DNA of 64,000 nucleotides from assembly GCA_965200495.1 (NCBI GenBank), contig CBDAUG010000001.1:419423-483422 (forward strand), given 5' to 3'. The translations under genes and the position numbers were made by a program. Under the pieces are notes generated by a model, which did not search any database, had not been told where the DNA came from, and saw only the letters and a program-made list of their open reading frames with translations. This DNA comes from Alphaproteobacteria bacterium (GTDB lineage: Bacteria; Pseudomonadota; Alphaproteobacteria; SP197). Positions within the stretch are counted from its first letter, which is position 1. Every line of letters begins with the position of its first letter. Shown here piece after piece: positions 51,946 to 61,285 of this stretch.

Positions 51946-54225
51946 TCAACCGATGACGGGAGCTGGATTGAGCTCCGACTCCACAAGATGCCGTTCACGC
52001 CATCCCATCGCGACGGGCACGTCGAACAGACGCCCCGGCGCGAAGCGTTCCCAGTAATGACGCATGCCCGGCACGATGACCCGCGCTACCGGCATGCCGA
52101 TGTCGGGACGGGTCTGGTCCAGCACAAGAAACTCCATGCCCCTCGCTTCAATCAGCGCCCGGCATCGTTCCACGTCGTCGCGGAGGTCCCCGGTTTCGGG
52201 AACAGGGTAGTCGGACTTGCCGCGCGACGCCACATCATCCGCCGGCGCCAGATAAGAGTGCTCCGCAAGCGTTGCAGTCCGCCACCACCACAGGCACTGC
52301 GGATCGTCGATCAGGTAGCCGGCGCCGCCGCTTGCCTTGCCCTGCACCCAGTTCAGGAACTGGTTCAGTTCGCAGACTGCGCGCAACGCCGCGATATGCG
52401 GGTCCATGTGCGCCCCCGCTCCGTAGATGATGTCCTCCGCCTCCTTGTCGGTGCGGCGCGAGATGGCGACAAACGCCGGAATGCCAAGGTCGCCGGTGAC
52501 GTCAAGCACCCACATGTCGCGGTTCAGACCACGATAGTAGTCCTTGGCGGTCGCCAGGTACTCGTCGCCGAAACTGTCGAGATCGACACCGGGAAGATGC
52601 AGCCGGTTGTACCACCACACCGCGAACGCATCGCGTTCGACCAGTTCGAGGAAGCCCTGAAGAATGGCTTCCTCCAGCGTGTTGCCGGCGGCGCACCCGT
52701 TCGAGTCAGCCACGAAATCCCCCCCCCGACAGTCGGCCGATGTGCCGTAGTAGAGCAGCGACGTCGGAAGATAGAGATGCCGGCCCCGGGTCAATGACCA
52801 CACCGGTGAGAAGTCGATCTCGGCATCCGGGTCGAGACGCGGGGGGACCACATTGTAGGGATGACCGCCGGCGTTGATACGTGCCGCATCGTCGAGTTGC
52901 CGTGCGCTGAAAAGCTGAACGTCGTTCGGGTGAATCGCCTCCCCGGCTGCTTCCAGATCCGCGAAACGCCGCCGACAGCGTATCTCGTCGCCGTGGAACG
53001 CGCCGCTGTAGCGCTCAAGCGCCTCACACAGCGCACTCGCCTCGGACTGGCGCGGTGTGCTGCCCTTGCCTGCGCTCTTCGTTCGCAAGCTGAGGCGCAA
53101 AACGTTCAAGGCCCTGTTCTTGAGCGCCATGTTGCTTCCGGCCCAATGGACATGCAGCCAGGGGTCGGTTTCCCCGGTCGTGCGCCTGAGCCAGGTCACG
53201 ACACCACCGACCGGACCGACAAGGTGGCGGTATCTCGCGAGAGTCTCGTCGGGGGTCACGGAACGCACACCGCCGCTGTTGCGGATATCTTTCGCACTGG
53301 CCTGCAGGCGCACCGGAACTGGCGGCCGGTCGGCACGATGGAACGCCTCATCGCCGCAGACGCGGCACTGCGGACGGCGCATGACCGGATGGCGCCCGAT
53401 CGTCAGTCCCGACGTGTCCAGCGAGACCGCCTGTTCATGGATGGACGCCTCCTTGCCGAGCACCAGCCACTTGGCGATTTCGACGGCAGCGAGACCGCAG
53501 ACGGCGTCGATGGCGGCAGGTTCGGCCGCCCGGGGCGCGACACCGGCGCCATCACCGAGCAGATTGCGCAGAAAATTGTGAATCTCCTGATGACCGCGCA
53601 GACGATAGGCCAGACAGGCCCAGCACGGCCCATGGTCCGCGGGCCGGAACACCGGGCCGAACAGGGGCTGCAGACCGCCGGGCCTGACCAGCATCCATGG
53701 CGCGCCCGACTCCACATGACGGCGATTGAACTCGGCGTGCCGCCCGTCGAGATAGTCGTCGCAGACAATGACCGAGAGCGCCGGCTCGTTGTCTGACACC
53801 TCCACATTCATGGACTCCAGGCGCGTGGCGAGGCGCCCGTCATCGCCGGTGACCGCAACACGCGACGCCGACAGGCGTTCCTCGGCCCATCGAGGCGAGG
53901 CGCCCAGTGAGGTCCAGAACGCGGCCGCGCCGCGGTCCATGGCGTAGTCGGCGGAAATGACGTAACCCCTCGAGGCCAGGGAAACCAGCGCTGTCCTCAC
54001 GGCGGATTCCGGATGCGCGCCCGCCAGGGCGGCAACGATATCGCTGTACGTGCGGCGGCCGTCGAGAAGCGGCAGCAGATCGGGATGGATTGTTCCGTGG
54101 AGCAGGGTGTTGAAGGTCTCCGAAACCAGAAACACCTGCCGGTCGTCGATTGCGTGAAACGCCAAATGCGGCGCCAGCGCCGGCTTCTCGATGAGACCGG
54201 TGTCGGCGGAGGTTCTATTCGGCAT
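51946..54225 (-). CDS. Fused TOMM C/D YcaO cyclodehydratase
   Basis: N-terminal RRE/E1-like part (GPVF, PCWACL, RRPQCRVCG); SAGKG, SNGCAAGNTLEEAILQGFLELVERDA; C-terminal NPAPVIG. Confidence 0.95.
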   Translation of the reverse strand: MPNRTSADTGLIEKPALAPHLAFHAIDDRQVFLVSETFNTLLHGTIHPDLLPLLDGRRTYSDIVAALAGAHPESAVRTALVSLASRGYVISADYAMDRGAAAFWTSLGASPRWAEERLSASRVAVTGDDGRLATRLESMNVEVSDNEPALSVIVCDDYLDGRHAEFNRRHVESGAPWMLVRPGGLQPLFGPVFRPADHGPCWACLAYRLRGHQEIHNFLRNLLGDGAGVAPRAAEPAAIDAVCGLAAVEIAKWLVLGKEASIHEQAVSLDTSGLTIGRHPVMRRPQCRVCGDEAFHRADRPPVPVRLQASAKDIRNSGGVRSVTPDETLARYRHLVGPVGGVVTWLRRTTGETDPWLHVHWAGSNMALKNRALNVLRLSLRTKSAGKGSTPRQSEASALCEALERYSGAFHGDEIRCRRRFADLEAAGEAIHPNDVQLFSARQLDDAARINAGGHPYNVVPPRLDPDAEIDFSPVWSLTRGRHLYLPTSLLYYGTSADCRGGDFVADSNGCAAGNTLEEAILQGFLELVERDAFAVWWYNRLHLPGVDLDSFGDEYLATAKDYYRGLNRDMWVLDVTGDLGIPAFVAISRRTDKEAEDIIYGAGAHMDPHIAALRAVCELNQFLNWVQGKASGGAGYLIDDPQCLWWWRTATLAEHSYLAPADDVASRGKSDYPVPETGDLRDDVERCRALIEARGMEFLVLDQTRPDIGMPVARVIVPGMRHYWERFAPGRLFDVPVAMGWRERHLVESELNPAPVIG

Positions 54226-54259
54226 CCTGGACAACCTCGCCAGCAGGACCACGTACGGA

Positions 54260-55323
54260 GCCTGCGTCTGCTCCCGCGCGGGAGAACACGATCTGCCGCA
54301 GCCGGCAGGCGCGAGACCGGAAAACTCCGGCGAAACTCAGAAGACAGGAGCGCCACATGCGGAAGAGACGGCCATCGTGACGGCTGTCGGACTCCTGCCG
54401 GACAGGGCACAGATCATGGTACCGGCACATGAACGTCCGATCGCAGTCGGCGGACGCCATGAGCTGTTTCGCCGAGGGAATGTCACCGCCGGGAAACACG
54501 TATCGGTTGACCCGGGGACCGGCCTTGAAGGCGCTGTTGTCGCTTCTGGCAGTCTGCACGAGGTGAAGGCCCCGGGGCGAAGGCAGCGCTTCACGGTGTC
54601 CATGGAGGTCCGGTCATGCCGGCGCCCCACATGTCCGAGCATGTCGATGGAACAGCTGCAGTCGCACAACTCAACGACCGCGCGACAGTCCTGCAGGCGA
54701 ATCTCCCGGCGCACAGTTCCCGTGCGACCTCATGCTGGTCCGGGGATATGGTCACAGCAACACCCGAGACGCCGTGCCGCTCGGGACGGCGACCTATGGC
54801 GCCACCCCAACCCCAGCCGATGTCGAGGACTCTCGTGCCGGGTCCGAACTGCAGTTTCCGGGTCATCAGATCCCGCTTGTGTTCCTGGGCCTCGTCGAGC
54901 GTTTCGGCATGACTCCGGCAGGCGCAGCTGTAGATCATGCGCTTGTCGAGCATCCCGCGATACAGTTCCCTGCTGTCCTCGCAGTGACCCTCGCCCCCGC
55001 ACAAGGGCGCTTCGTGGCCCCGGGCCTGATCAACCGTGCATGCATCGCGTGAATGATGTCGCCGGGGCGGGCTTGCGATTTGGGAGTGTTGCGGCTGACG
55101 TGGCACACCGGCTCATCGCGCTGTTCGCCGTCCCACCACCCGTCCATGCAGCTTTCGCCCATGCCCCGTGATCCGCAGGCGAAAATCCTCGCAAACGCAT
55201 CCTCCCTGTGAACCTGCATGTCCCAGGGGCGGTCGCCGTCGAGGCGGAAATCCGCACGGTCATGCATTGCTCGAATCTCTTTCGGAAACGGGCATGAGTC
55301 AGGGCGCTTAACCTTCCAGTCAC
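54260..55323 (-). pseudogene. cfa: Cyclopropane-fatty-acyl-phospholipid synthase pseudogene
   Basis: Fragments in several frames: DRPWDMQVH..GESCMDGWWD, MLDKRMIYSCA, VLDIGWGWGG, YVFPGG, FRMWR. Confidence 0.85.
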
Positions 55324-55411
55324 AAGCAGGACCTCATAGCAGACGCCCCGCTGGCGAACAAGGACAGACGGCGCTCCCGGCGCGCACCCACTCCCCCGGG
55401 CCGTGTCGCCG

Positions 55412-57817
55412 TCAGCCGATCAGTGTATCGATGGCGCGCGACGCGCAAGCCGCCGTGCTCTGTATCGCGACGGTCAGCGCCTCGAAGTCGTCCGCCCCGC
55501 AGGACCGCGCAATGACGCTCTTCACGGGAGCAGCCGCCGTTTCGGCGGAAAAGTCATCCTGCGCGACCAGTCGCAGGATTCCGCGCAGGTTTCGCCACAT
55601 CGTCGCGGCCCCGGCCAGCCGCTCGGCTGCAGCGGCGGAGATCACCCCTTGCGCGCCTGCAGCGCGGAAAACGGACACCGCATCGGGCGCCAGAATCCCG
55701 GGCGTGTCGGCGGCATGGCTGAGTTGCAGGTATCGTGCGGCGCACTCGACGTGGTGAAGACCGCCCGGAATGTCGTCGACGGCCAGCGGCCCCGATTCCA
55801 CGACGCGTCCTGGCGTTTCGCGCAACTCGGCGATCAACGCAGAGCGCGCAGCGCCATGGACCAGGATGTCGCGCCGCGCCTCGTCGAATTGCCCTGCGGT
55901 CCCCGCATCGCCGCATGCGAAGACGCACCGCGCCCGGGCAAGGTCCATGAGCTCGCGTACATCGCCTGTCGCCCGGTGGTGTTGCGAGAAATCGGCAAGG
56001 GAACGCAAGGCGCCCGTCTCCCGTGCGCGCGGGACAGCAGCAAACAGCAGGCTGTCGCGCGACAACAAGCGCAAGGCATCGAGTAAACGGCGGCCCAGGG
56101 TGCGGTCAGGGTCGCCGTCACAGACGAACATGACATCAAGCTGCATGCCGGGCACGGCCTCCCCGCTGGCCGCCTCGCCCAGCACCACCGTAGCGATCCC
56201 ACCCTTGGTCGGCCGGTCGGCCCACTCCTCCTCGACGGCTGACAGCGCAGCGCCAATCGACGCTTCCGCAATGTTGGTCAGGGCCGTTCCCGCCTCGACG
56301 GGCGACAGGTTGCCGCGCAGCACATGCACGCCGATCTGAAAGACCTTGTCGTTCGACCAGCTGCGCGCGGTCTCGACCGCCTCCCGGATGCCCTGAACGG
56401 GAGTATCGGCAATCCTCTCGCGCATTTCGGCAACGTCGAGTTCGTGCGTCCAGTAGACGCGCGCCAGGCCCCGGCGGGCAATTGCCTCGCATTGCGGATC
56501 CGGCCCGAATCCGCCTGGCAGATCGAGATCGGCAAATTCCCGGCTGGCGAGGCCGTCGAGCAGCTCCGGGTTGCGGTTCATCCACCGAGCGAGAAATGGC
56601 GCCGTGCCGAGAATCTCGGCAATGGCCTCGAAGGCGTCCGGGCGCGCCTTGTAGGCCGGACTGTCGTAGGCGCTCCAGTCATCGATATGCGGATAGAAAT
56701 GCGCTCGCCACTGATCAACCAGCGGATCCATCTTTCGGAACCAGCGCCGTGGAAACAGGATGAGGCCCCCCATGGCGGAGTAACTTCCCGGCAATTGCGG
56801 CGCCTCGTCGGCACCGCAATGCTGCAGCAGCGGGTAGAGCCGGGTTGCGGCAATGTGGTGATCGCCATGACGCTGCGAGTTGTAGTAGAGCCAGTTCGAC
56901 AACCTGTAGGCGGCGCTCCAGGAATGCCGCGGGAGGACACGTTCGAAACGACCGCCGGGAAGCCGAACTCGCTGCAACCCGTAGTGCTGGATGTAATCGG
57001 CCATCCTCAACTGGAAAATACCCATGGCACAGATGACGGCAAAGACAAGGAGTCCCGGGGCGCCGCCGATCCAGTACGCCAGCGCATACCATGCAGCGAC
57101 CTGGAGGGCGTATCGCCACATCAGGTTCGTGTGGTGCCAGACCGGCAGACGCCGCCGCGCCATTCGGTCGCGTTCCAGCCGCCAGGCATCGAGGTAGCTG
57201 CGGGCCACCGACCGGGGGAGGTAGCGCCAGAAGCTCTGGCCCTTGGGCGGGGAAAGCGAATCCCTCGGCGTGCCGATATGGGCGTGATGGACATAGATAT
57301 GCTCCGTGATCTCTTGCGGAAAGGACACGGACGCCATCAGGAACTCGCCGGCGCGGCGCTCCCACACCGCGCGTCGATGCATCATGTCGTGGCCGGCGTT
57401 GAGCGTCATCCGGGCCATGACGCCAAGCGCCAGCACGATCAGCACGTCTTCCCAGAAGGCCAGATAGTCAGCGACGAAAACCTGCCGGAACGCGAACACG
57501 AACGTGATCGGACAGAGCACCACCCAGATCCACACGGCCAGCTTGTACCAGAACAAGTGGCGGCTGGCTGACTGTCGCGGGTCCATGTTCCGCTCGTCCA
57601 CGCCAAACGCCGTATCGAACTGATCCGCAAGCCATGCGAAGATGAAAGGCCCCGCAAGCCACCAGCCGCCATACATCGCCGCGCTGACCACAAGCGGAAA
57701 GATCACGATGGGCGCAAAGTAGGGCAACGCGCCGCCGATCGATGGCGCGTTCGTCGCCCCTTCGCCGACTGCCGCGCCGGCGCTGAAGGCCTCTTGCGGC
57801 ATACTGTCCTGCGCCAC
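55412..57817 (-). CDS. AlkB-type membrane di-iron hydroxylase/desaturase fused to a degenerate GlnE-like nucleotidyltransferase domain
   Basis: His boxes GHDMMH, EHIYVHH, DYIQHYG, QRHGDHH and LPGSY; C-terminal FQIGVHVL, LTNIAEA, LDVMFV, PGGLHHVE...YLQL. Confidence 0.8.
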   Translation of the reverse strand: MAQDSMPQEAFSAGAAVGEGATNAPSIGGALPYFAPIVIFPLVVSAAMYGGWWLAGPFIFAWLADQFDTAFGVDERNMDPRQSASRHLFWYKLAVWIWVVLCPITFVFAFRQVFVADYLAFWEDVLIVLALGVMARMTLNAGHDMMHRRAVWERRAGEFLMASVSFPQEITEHIYVHHAHIGTPRDSLSPPKGQSFWRYLPRSVARSYLDAWRLERDRMARRRLPVWHHTNLMWRYALQVAAWYALAYWIGGAPGLLVFAVICAMGIFQLRMADYIQHYGLQRVRLPGGRFERVLPRHSWSAAYRLSNWLYYNSQRHGDHHIAATRLYPLLQHCGADEAPQLPGSYSAMGGLILFPRRWFRKMDPLVDQWRAHFYPHIDDWSAYDSPAYKARPDAFEAIAEILGTAPFLARWMNRNPELLDGLASREFADLDLPGGFGPDPQCEAIARRGLARVYWTHELDVAEMRERIADTPVQGIREAVETARSWSNDKVFQIGVHVLRGNLSPVEAGTALTNIAEASIGAALSAVEEEWADRPTKGGIATVVLGEAASGEAVPGMQLDVMFVCDGDPDRTLGRRLLDALRLLSRDSLLFAAVPRARETGALRSLADFSQHHRATGDVRELMDLARARCVFACGDAGTAGQFDEARRDILVHGAARSALIAELRETPGRVVESGPLAVDDIPGGLHHVECAARYLQLSHAADTPGILAPDAVSVFRAAGAQGVISAAAAERLAGAATMWRNLRGILRLVAQDDFSAETAAAPVKSVIARSCGADDFEALTVAIQSTAACASRAIDTLIG

Positions 57818-58018
57818 GGGATCCTCCGGTGACTATGGGTGTTCGCGTCCCCTGAAGCTCTGATTGTCCATGAGCAGTGGGCTGCGTTCAAGCCAACGAG
57901 CTGCAATTGCGCTGGCGGTCAAAAGCGGATTGAATATGCGAGACCTCTACTGAACACGCGTTCCTCGATCCGGCACGGCGCGTGCAGGGTTTGGCGACGG
58001 CCCACGAACTGGATCGCA

Positions 58019-59425
58019 ATGAGCGGAAATCAGAAGGTTCTCGTCATCGGCGCCGGACTGTCTGGACTGGCAGCCGCCCATGCGCTGCGCAAACACGGAA
58101 CCGACGTCACCCTGTTCGAAGCCGAACCGCACCCCGGAGGTCGCGTTCTGCGACGCGACATCGACGGGTTTCGCATCGATCTGGGTGCGAATCTGTTCCT
58201 CGAAACACACGAGACCGCCAGACGGATGGCGGAAGAACTCGGCACGCCCCTGGAACGAACCCGCGTGCCGATACACAGCGGCATCTTCCGTAACGGCCGG
58301 TTTCATGGTCTTTATGGCGGCAATCGCGCGAGCAGCATGCTGAAGACAGCGCGAACCATGCTGTCGTTTCAGCTGCTTTCTCCCCGGGGACTCTGGCAGA
58401 CCGCCAGGTTCGCGAGGATGCTGCGGGCGCGGAGCGACGATCTGAGCTTCGACGATCATTCGCGGATGCTGGATCTCGACGCGGAAGAGAGCGCCGCCGA
58501 GTTTTTCGAATCCAGGATCGGCGCCGAATGTCTCGAATGGTTGTTCGGACCCGGCCTGAGCGGGTACGCCTTTGCGCACCCCGAAGAGGTCGGGGCGGCC
58601 TGTGCGATGGCCACCGCCTGGCATACCGGCATGAACGGCGTTGCGTGGCCGTGTCTTCCGAAGGGGGGTATCAGCGCATTCGTCGATGCCCTCGTGAACG
58701 CCTGCGGCATGGACATCATGCTCTCCACCCCTGTGCGCCGCATCATCCTCGAGGACGGAGCCGCACAGGGTGTCGTCACCGACGCGGGTTTCATCGAAGC
58801 CGATGCGATCGTCTGCGCCACAACGGCGACGACGGCCCTCAAGATCGCACCGGATCTTCCGCCCGACATCGGCAACGTCCTGCGCCGGGTGACCTATTCC
58901 CGGTGCTGCCGCGTCTTCTTCGGTGTCAACTCCAATCCACTCCCCCGGGACTGGTACGCCGTCGCGATTCCACGGCGGATCGGAGCGCTCATGATCGGCA
59001 TGAGCAATACGGCGGTGCTGGCGCCGGAGACGGCGCCGCCGGGAATGGCTCTCATCGACGCGCTGGTGATCGACAGACAGGCAGACGACCTGTACGCGTT
59101 GAGCGATGACGAGGCGCTCCAACGGGTTCTCCCCGAAGTCCGCAGGTATCTGCCCGGGATGTCCGACACACCGAGGATGACCCATGTCCATCACTGGCGA
59201 GAAGCGGCGTGTCTGGCGCCCGGCGGCGCCATGGCGGCGCTCGATCGCATGCGCCGGCAGAGCCTCGGCGGCGTCAGGGGCCTGTTCCTCGCCGGCGACT
59301 ACATGGGCGTGCCGTCAGCGAATGCGGCGCTGCGAAGCGGGCTCATGGCCGCCGACGCGGCGGCTGAATGCCTGCGGCAAGGCCGGGACAACCCGACCAC
59401 GCTCACCGTGCATCCCATGCCTTGA
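58019..59425 (+). CDS. FAD-dependent oxidoreductase (HemY/flavin amine oxidase family)
   Basis: VIGAGLSGLAAA, EAEPHPGGR, DLGA, LFLAGDY, ALRSG. Confidence 0.88.
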   Translation: MSGNQKVLVIGAGLSGLAAAHALRKHGTDVTLFEAEPHPGGRVLRRDIDGFRIDLGANLFLETHETARRMAEELGTPLERTRVPIHSGIFRNGRFHGLYGGNRASSMLKTARTMLSFQLLSPRGLWQTARFARMLRARSDDLSFDDHSRMLDLDAEESAAEFFESRIGAECLEWLFGPGLSGYAFAHPEEVGAACAMATAWHTGMNGVAWPCLPKGGISAFVDALVNACGMDIMLSTPVRRIILEDGAAQGVVTDAGFIEADAIVCATTATTALKIAPDLPPDIGNVLRRVTYSRCCRVFFGVNSNPLPRDWYAVAIPRRIGALMIGMSNTAVLAPETAPPGMALIDALVIDRQADDLYALSDDEALQRVLPEVRRYLPGMSDTPRMTHVHHWREAACLAPGGAMAALDRMRRQSLGGVRGLFLAGDYMGVPSANAALRSGLMAADAAAECLRQGRDNPTTLTVHPMP

Positions 59426-59814
59426 GGCCCCTGAAGCGCACCACGGCCGGGACAGACCCGACCATGATCGCCGCTGCATCAGGCGATGCCCGCGTGCGGC
59501 CGGGAGGCACGCCGGCGCCTGCCGGGTCTTGAAGGACATGGCGCCAGGGCTGCCGCCTCGATGGCACGCACAGCCGATCGACAGGCCCGTCACGGCGCGC
59601 CGGCAGACGGTTTTCCGATCTGCCCGCATGGCGGTTTCAATCCAGTCCGCAGGCGGGGCCCACTGCAAGGCCCGCCGCCGCGAAGGTCGTGCAAGAGAGG
59701 CTCGATAGTCCTTGACAACTGTCGGCGGCGGCTGACTGTTCCGCCATGAAACAGACAGGGGCGCCGACAGCGTTCGGCGTTGACGCGCGACGTGACCTGG
59801 ACCGATGCCGATTA

Positions 59815-59960
59815 GCTGCTCGCCATGGCCGTGGTCGACCTGCCGGCAACACCGGTGCGTTTCCGCGCCGCGGGCGGAGCTGCCGGGCACGAGGTGATTG
59901 ACGCGACACTGGCCGGCGGATACGCCACGCACCTGGCGAGCGATACGGCAAGCGTCTGCC
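59815..59960 (+). pseudogene. C-terminal remnant of a SorC/DeoR sugar-binding regulator
   Basis: Manual translation ...PVRFRAAGGAAGHEVIDATLAGGYATHLASDTA resembles the AGG..K..AI.A.L.GG...L.TD tail. Confidence 0.45.
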
Positions 59961-59972
59961 GGAGGAAGAACC

Positions 59973-60164
59973 ATGACCACGCGCGCTGATCTGGTCATCG
60001 GCCTCGACAGTTCCACCCAGTCGACCAAGGCGATTGCGTGGACGCGTGAGGGCGAAGCCGTGGCCGAGGCAAGGGCGCCGATTGCGATGGCGACGCCGCG
60101 CTCTGGCTGGGTCGAGCAGGATGTCGAGGACTGGTGGTCCGCGGCCCTCCTGGCGCTCAAGGGC
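59973..60164 (+). pseudogene. FGGY carbohydrate kinase, N-terminus only
   Basis: GGAGGA RBS; LVIGLDSSTQSTKAIAW...PRSGWVEQDVEDWW, then an abrupt switch to transposase sequence. Confidence 0.8.
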
Positions 60165-60828
60165 ATGCGCCTCGAGGTCCGCGCCGCCATGGTCGCTCTG
60201 GCACCGCCGGGCGACAGGCCGCAGACAACGCCGCCGCTCTCCATGATGGCCGTGCATGTCACGGAACCCTCGCCCCCGGCGGACCGCGAACCTCTCGAGG
60301 AGGATGCTGCTCGCCAGCGACGGCGAGGTCTGTGCCGTCGATGCCCTCAAGACCGTCTCCTTCTACGAGAAGCGCTGGTTGATCGAGGAGTCCTTTCGCG
60401 CCCTGAAGGTTGGCACCCGCATCAAGGACCGGCGCCTCGACCAGGCCGACGACCTGCGCACGTGTTGCGCCTTCGACGCCATCACCGCATGCCGCGTCAT
60501 GGCCATCGAGCGCCTCGCCCTCGGGCGAGCTGAGAGACGCCGGCAAACCGCATCGTCGACCGCGACGAGATCACCGCCCTCAGCATCGACCACCAGCGGC
60601 AGGAAGCGCGCACCGCGCGCACCCCTGAGCAGTGAGCCGACCATCGAAGCCTTCGCCATCGGGGTCGCCCGCATCGCAGGCTTCATTCCACGCACACGCC
60701 AACCCCTGCCCGGAACCGGGAAAGTCTGGCAGGGATACAAGATCCTCCTCACCTTCGTCGAAAACTACAGAAACATGCGGGAACTCGACATGCTGAAGTC
60801 AACAGAGTCAACAGCGTCCGGTTGAAAG
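60165..60828 (+). mobile_element. IS4-family transposase 3' remnant
   Basis: YEKRWLIEESFRALK, DDLRTCCAFDAITACRV, RQPLPGTGKVW, frameshifted; ends ...GGTTGAAAG, like the IS at 29160. Confidence 0.8.
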
Positions 60829-61285
60829 GGGCGTGGCGGTCTGTCGGGCCGGCTACGGCTTACCTTCGCCACAGCGCAAGCCGGTCCGCTTGCGATTGGC
60901 CGTACCGCTCAGAAGGGTGGCGGTTGGTTCACTAGCGCTGTTTGAGGTTTCATCCTCCATCGTTGCCCACGTCCGTGGAGAACCAGCGAGGCTTTGCTTC
61001 AGACCGACGAGAACTCGGCTCAACCGGAGACAATTCACGCATTCAAGGTGTCTGGTGAGATGATGACTTTACCAGAAAATATTCATCGGAATTGGCATCA
61101 CTTGCCGTTCTCTGGTTGTTGCCTTTGCGACAAATGTACGCTGGCATTGGGGCCATCGTAGATCATGGTCACCTCGGAGAGGAAGGTTCGCCCCAAGAGA
61201 ACGCCGTGCATCTGGCCCCCTTCAGAGAGATTGACTCCTGAGAATCGGCCATATTGAGTCAAGCCAAGTTCGGGCACATGTACAT

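Noticed and set aside
39468-59425. Classical proteusin, lanthipeptide or thiopeptide cluster
   Set aside because: No radical SAM, LanM/LanB or pyridine synthase genes, and no second precursor found in the window.
60853-61038. 61-aa minus-strand ORF
   Set aside because: No recognisable motif or clear RBS.
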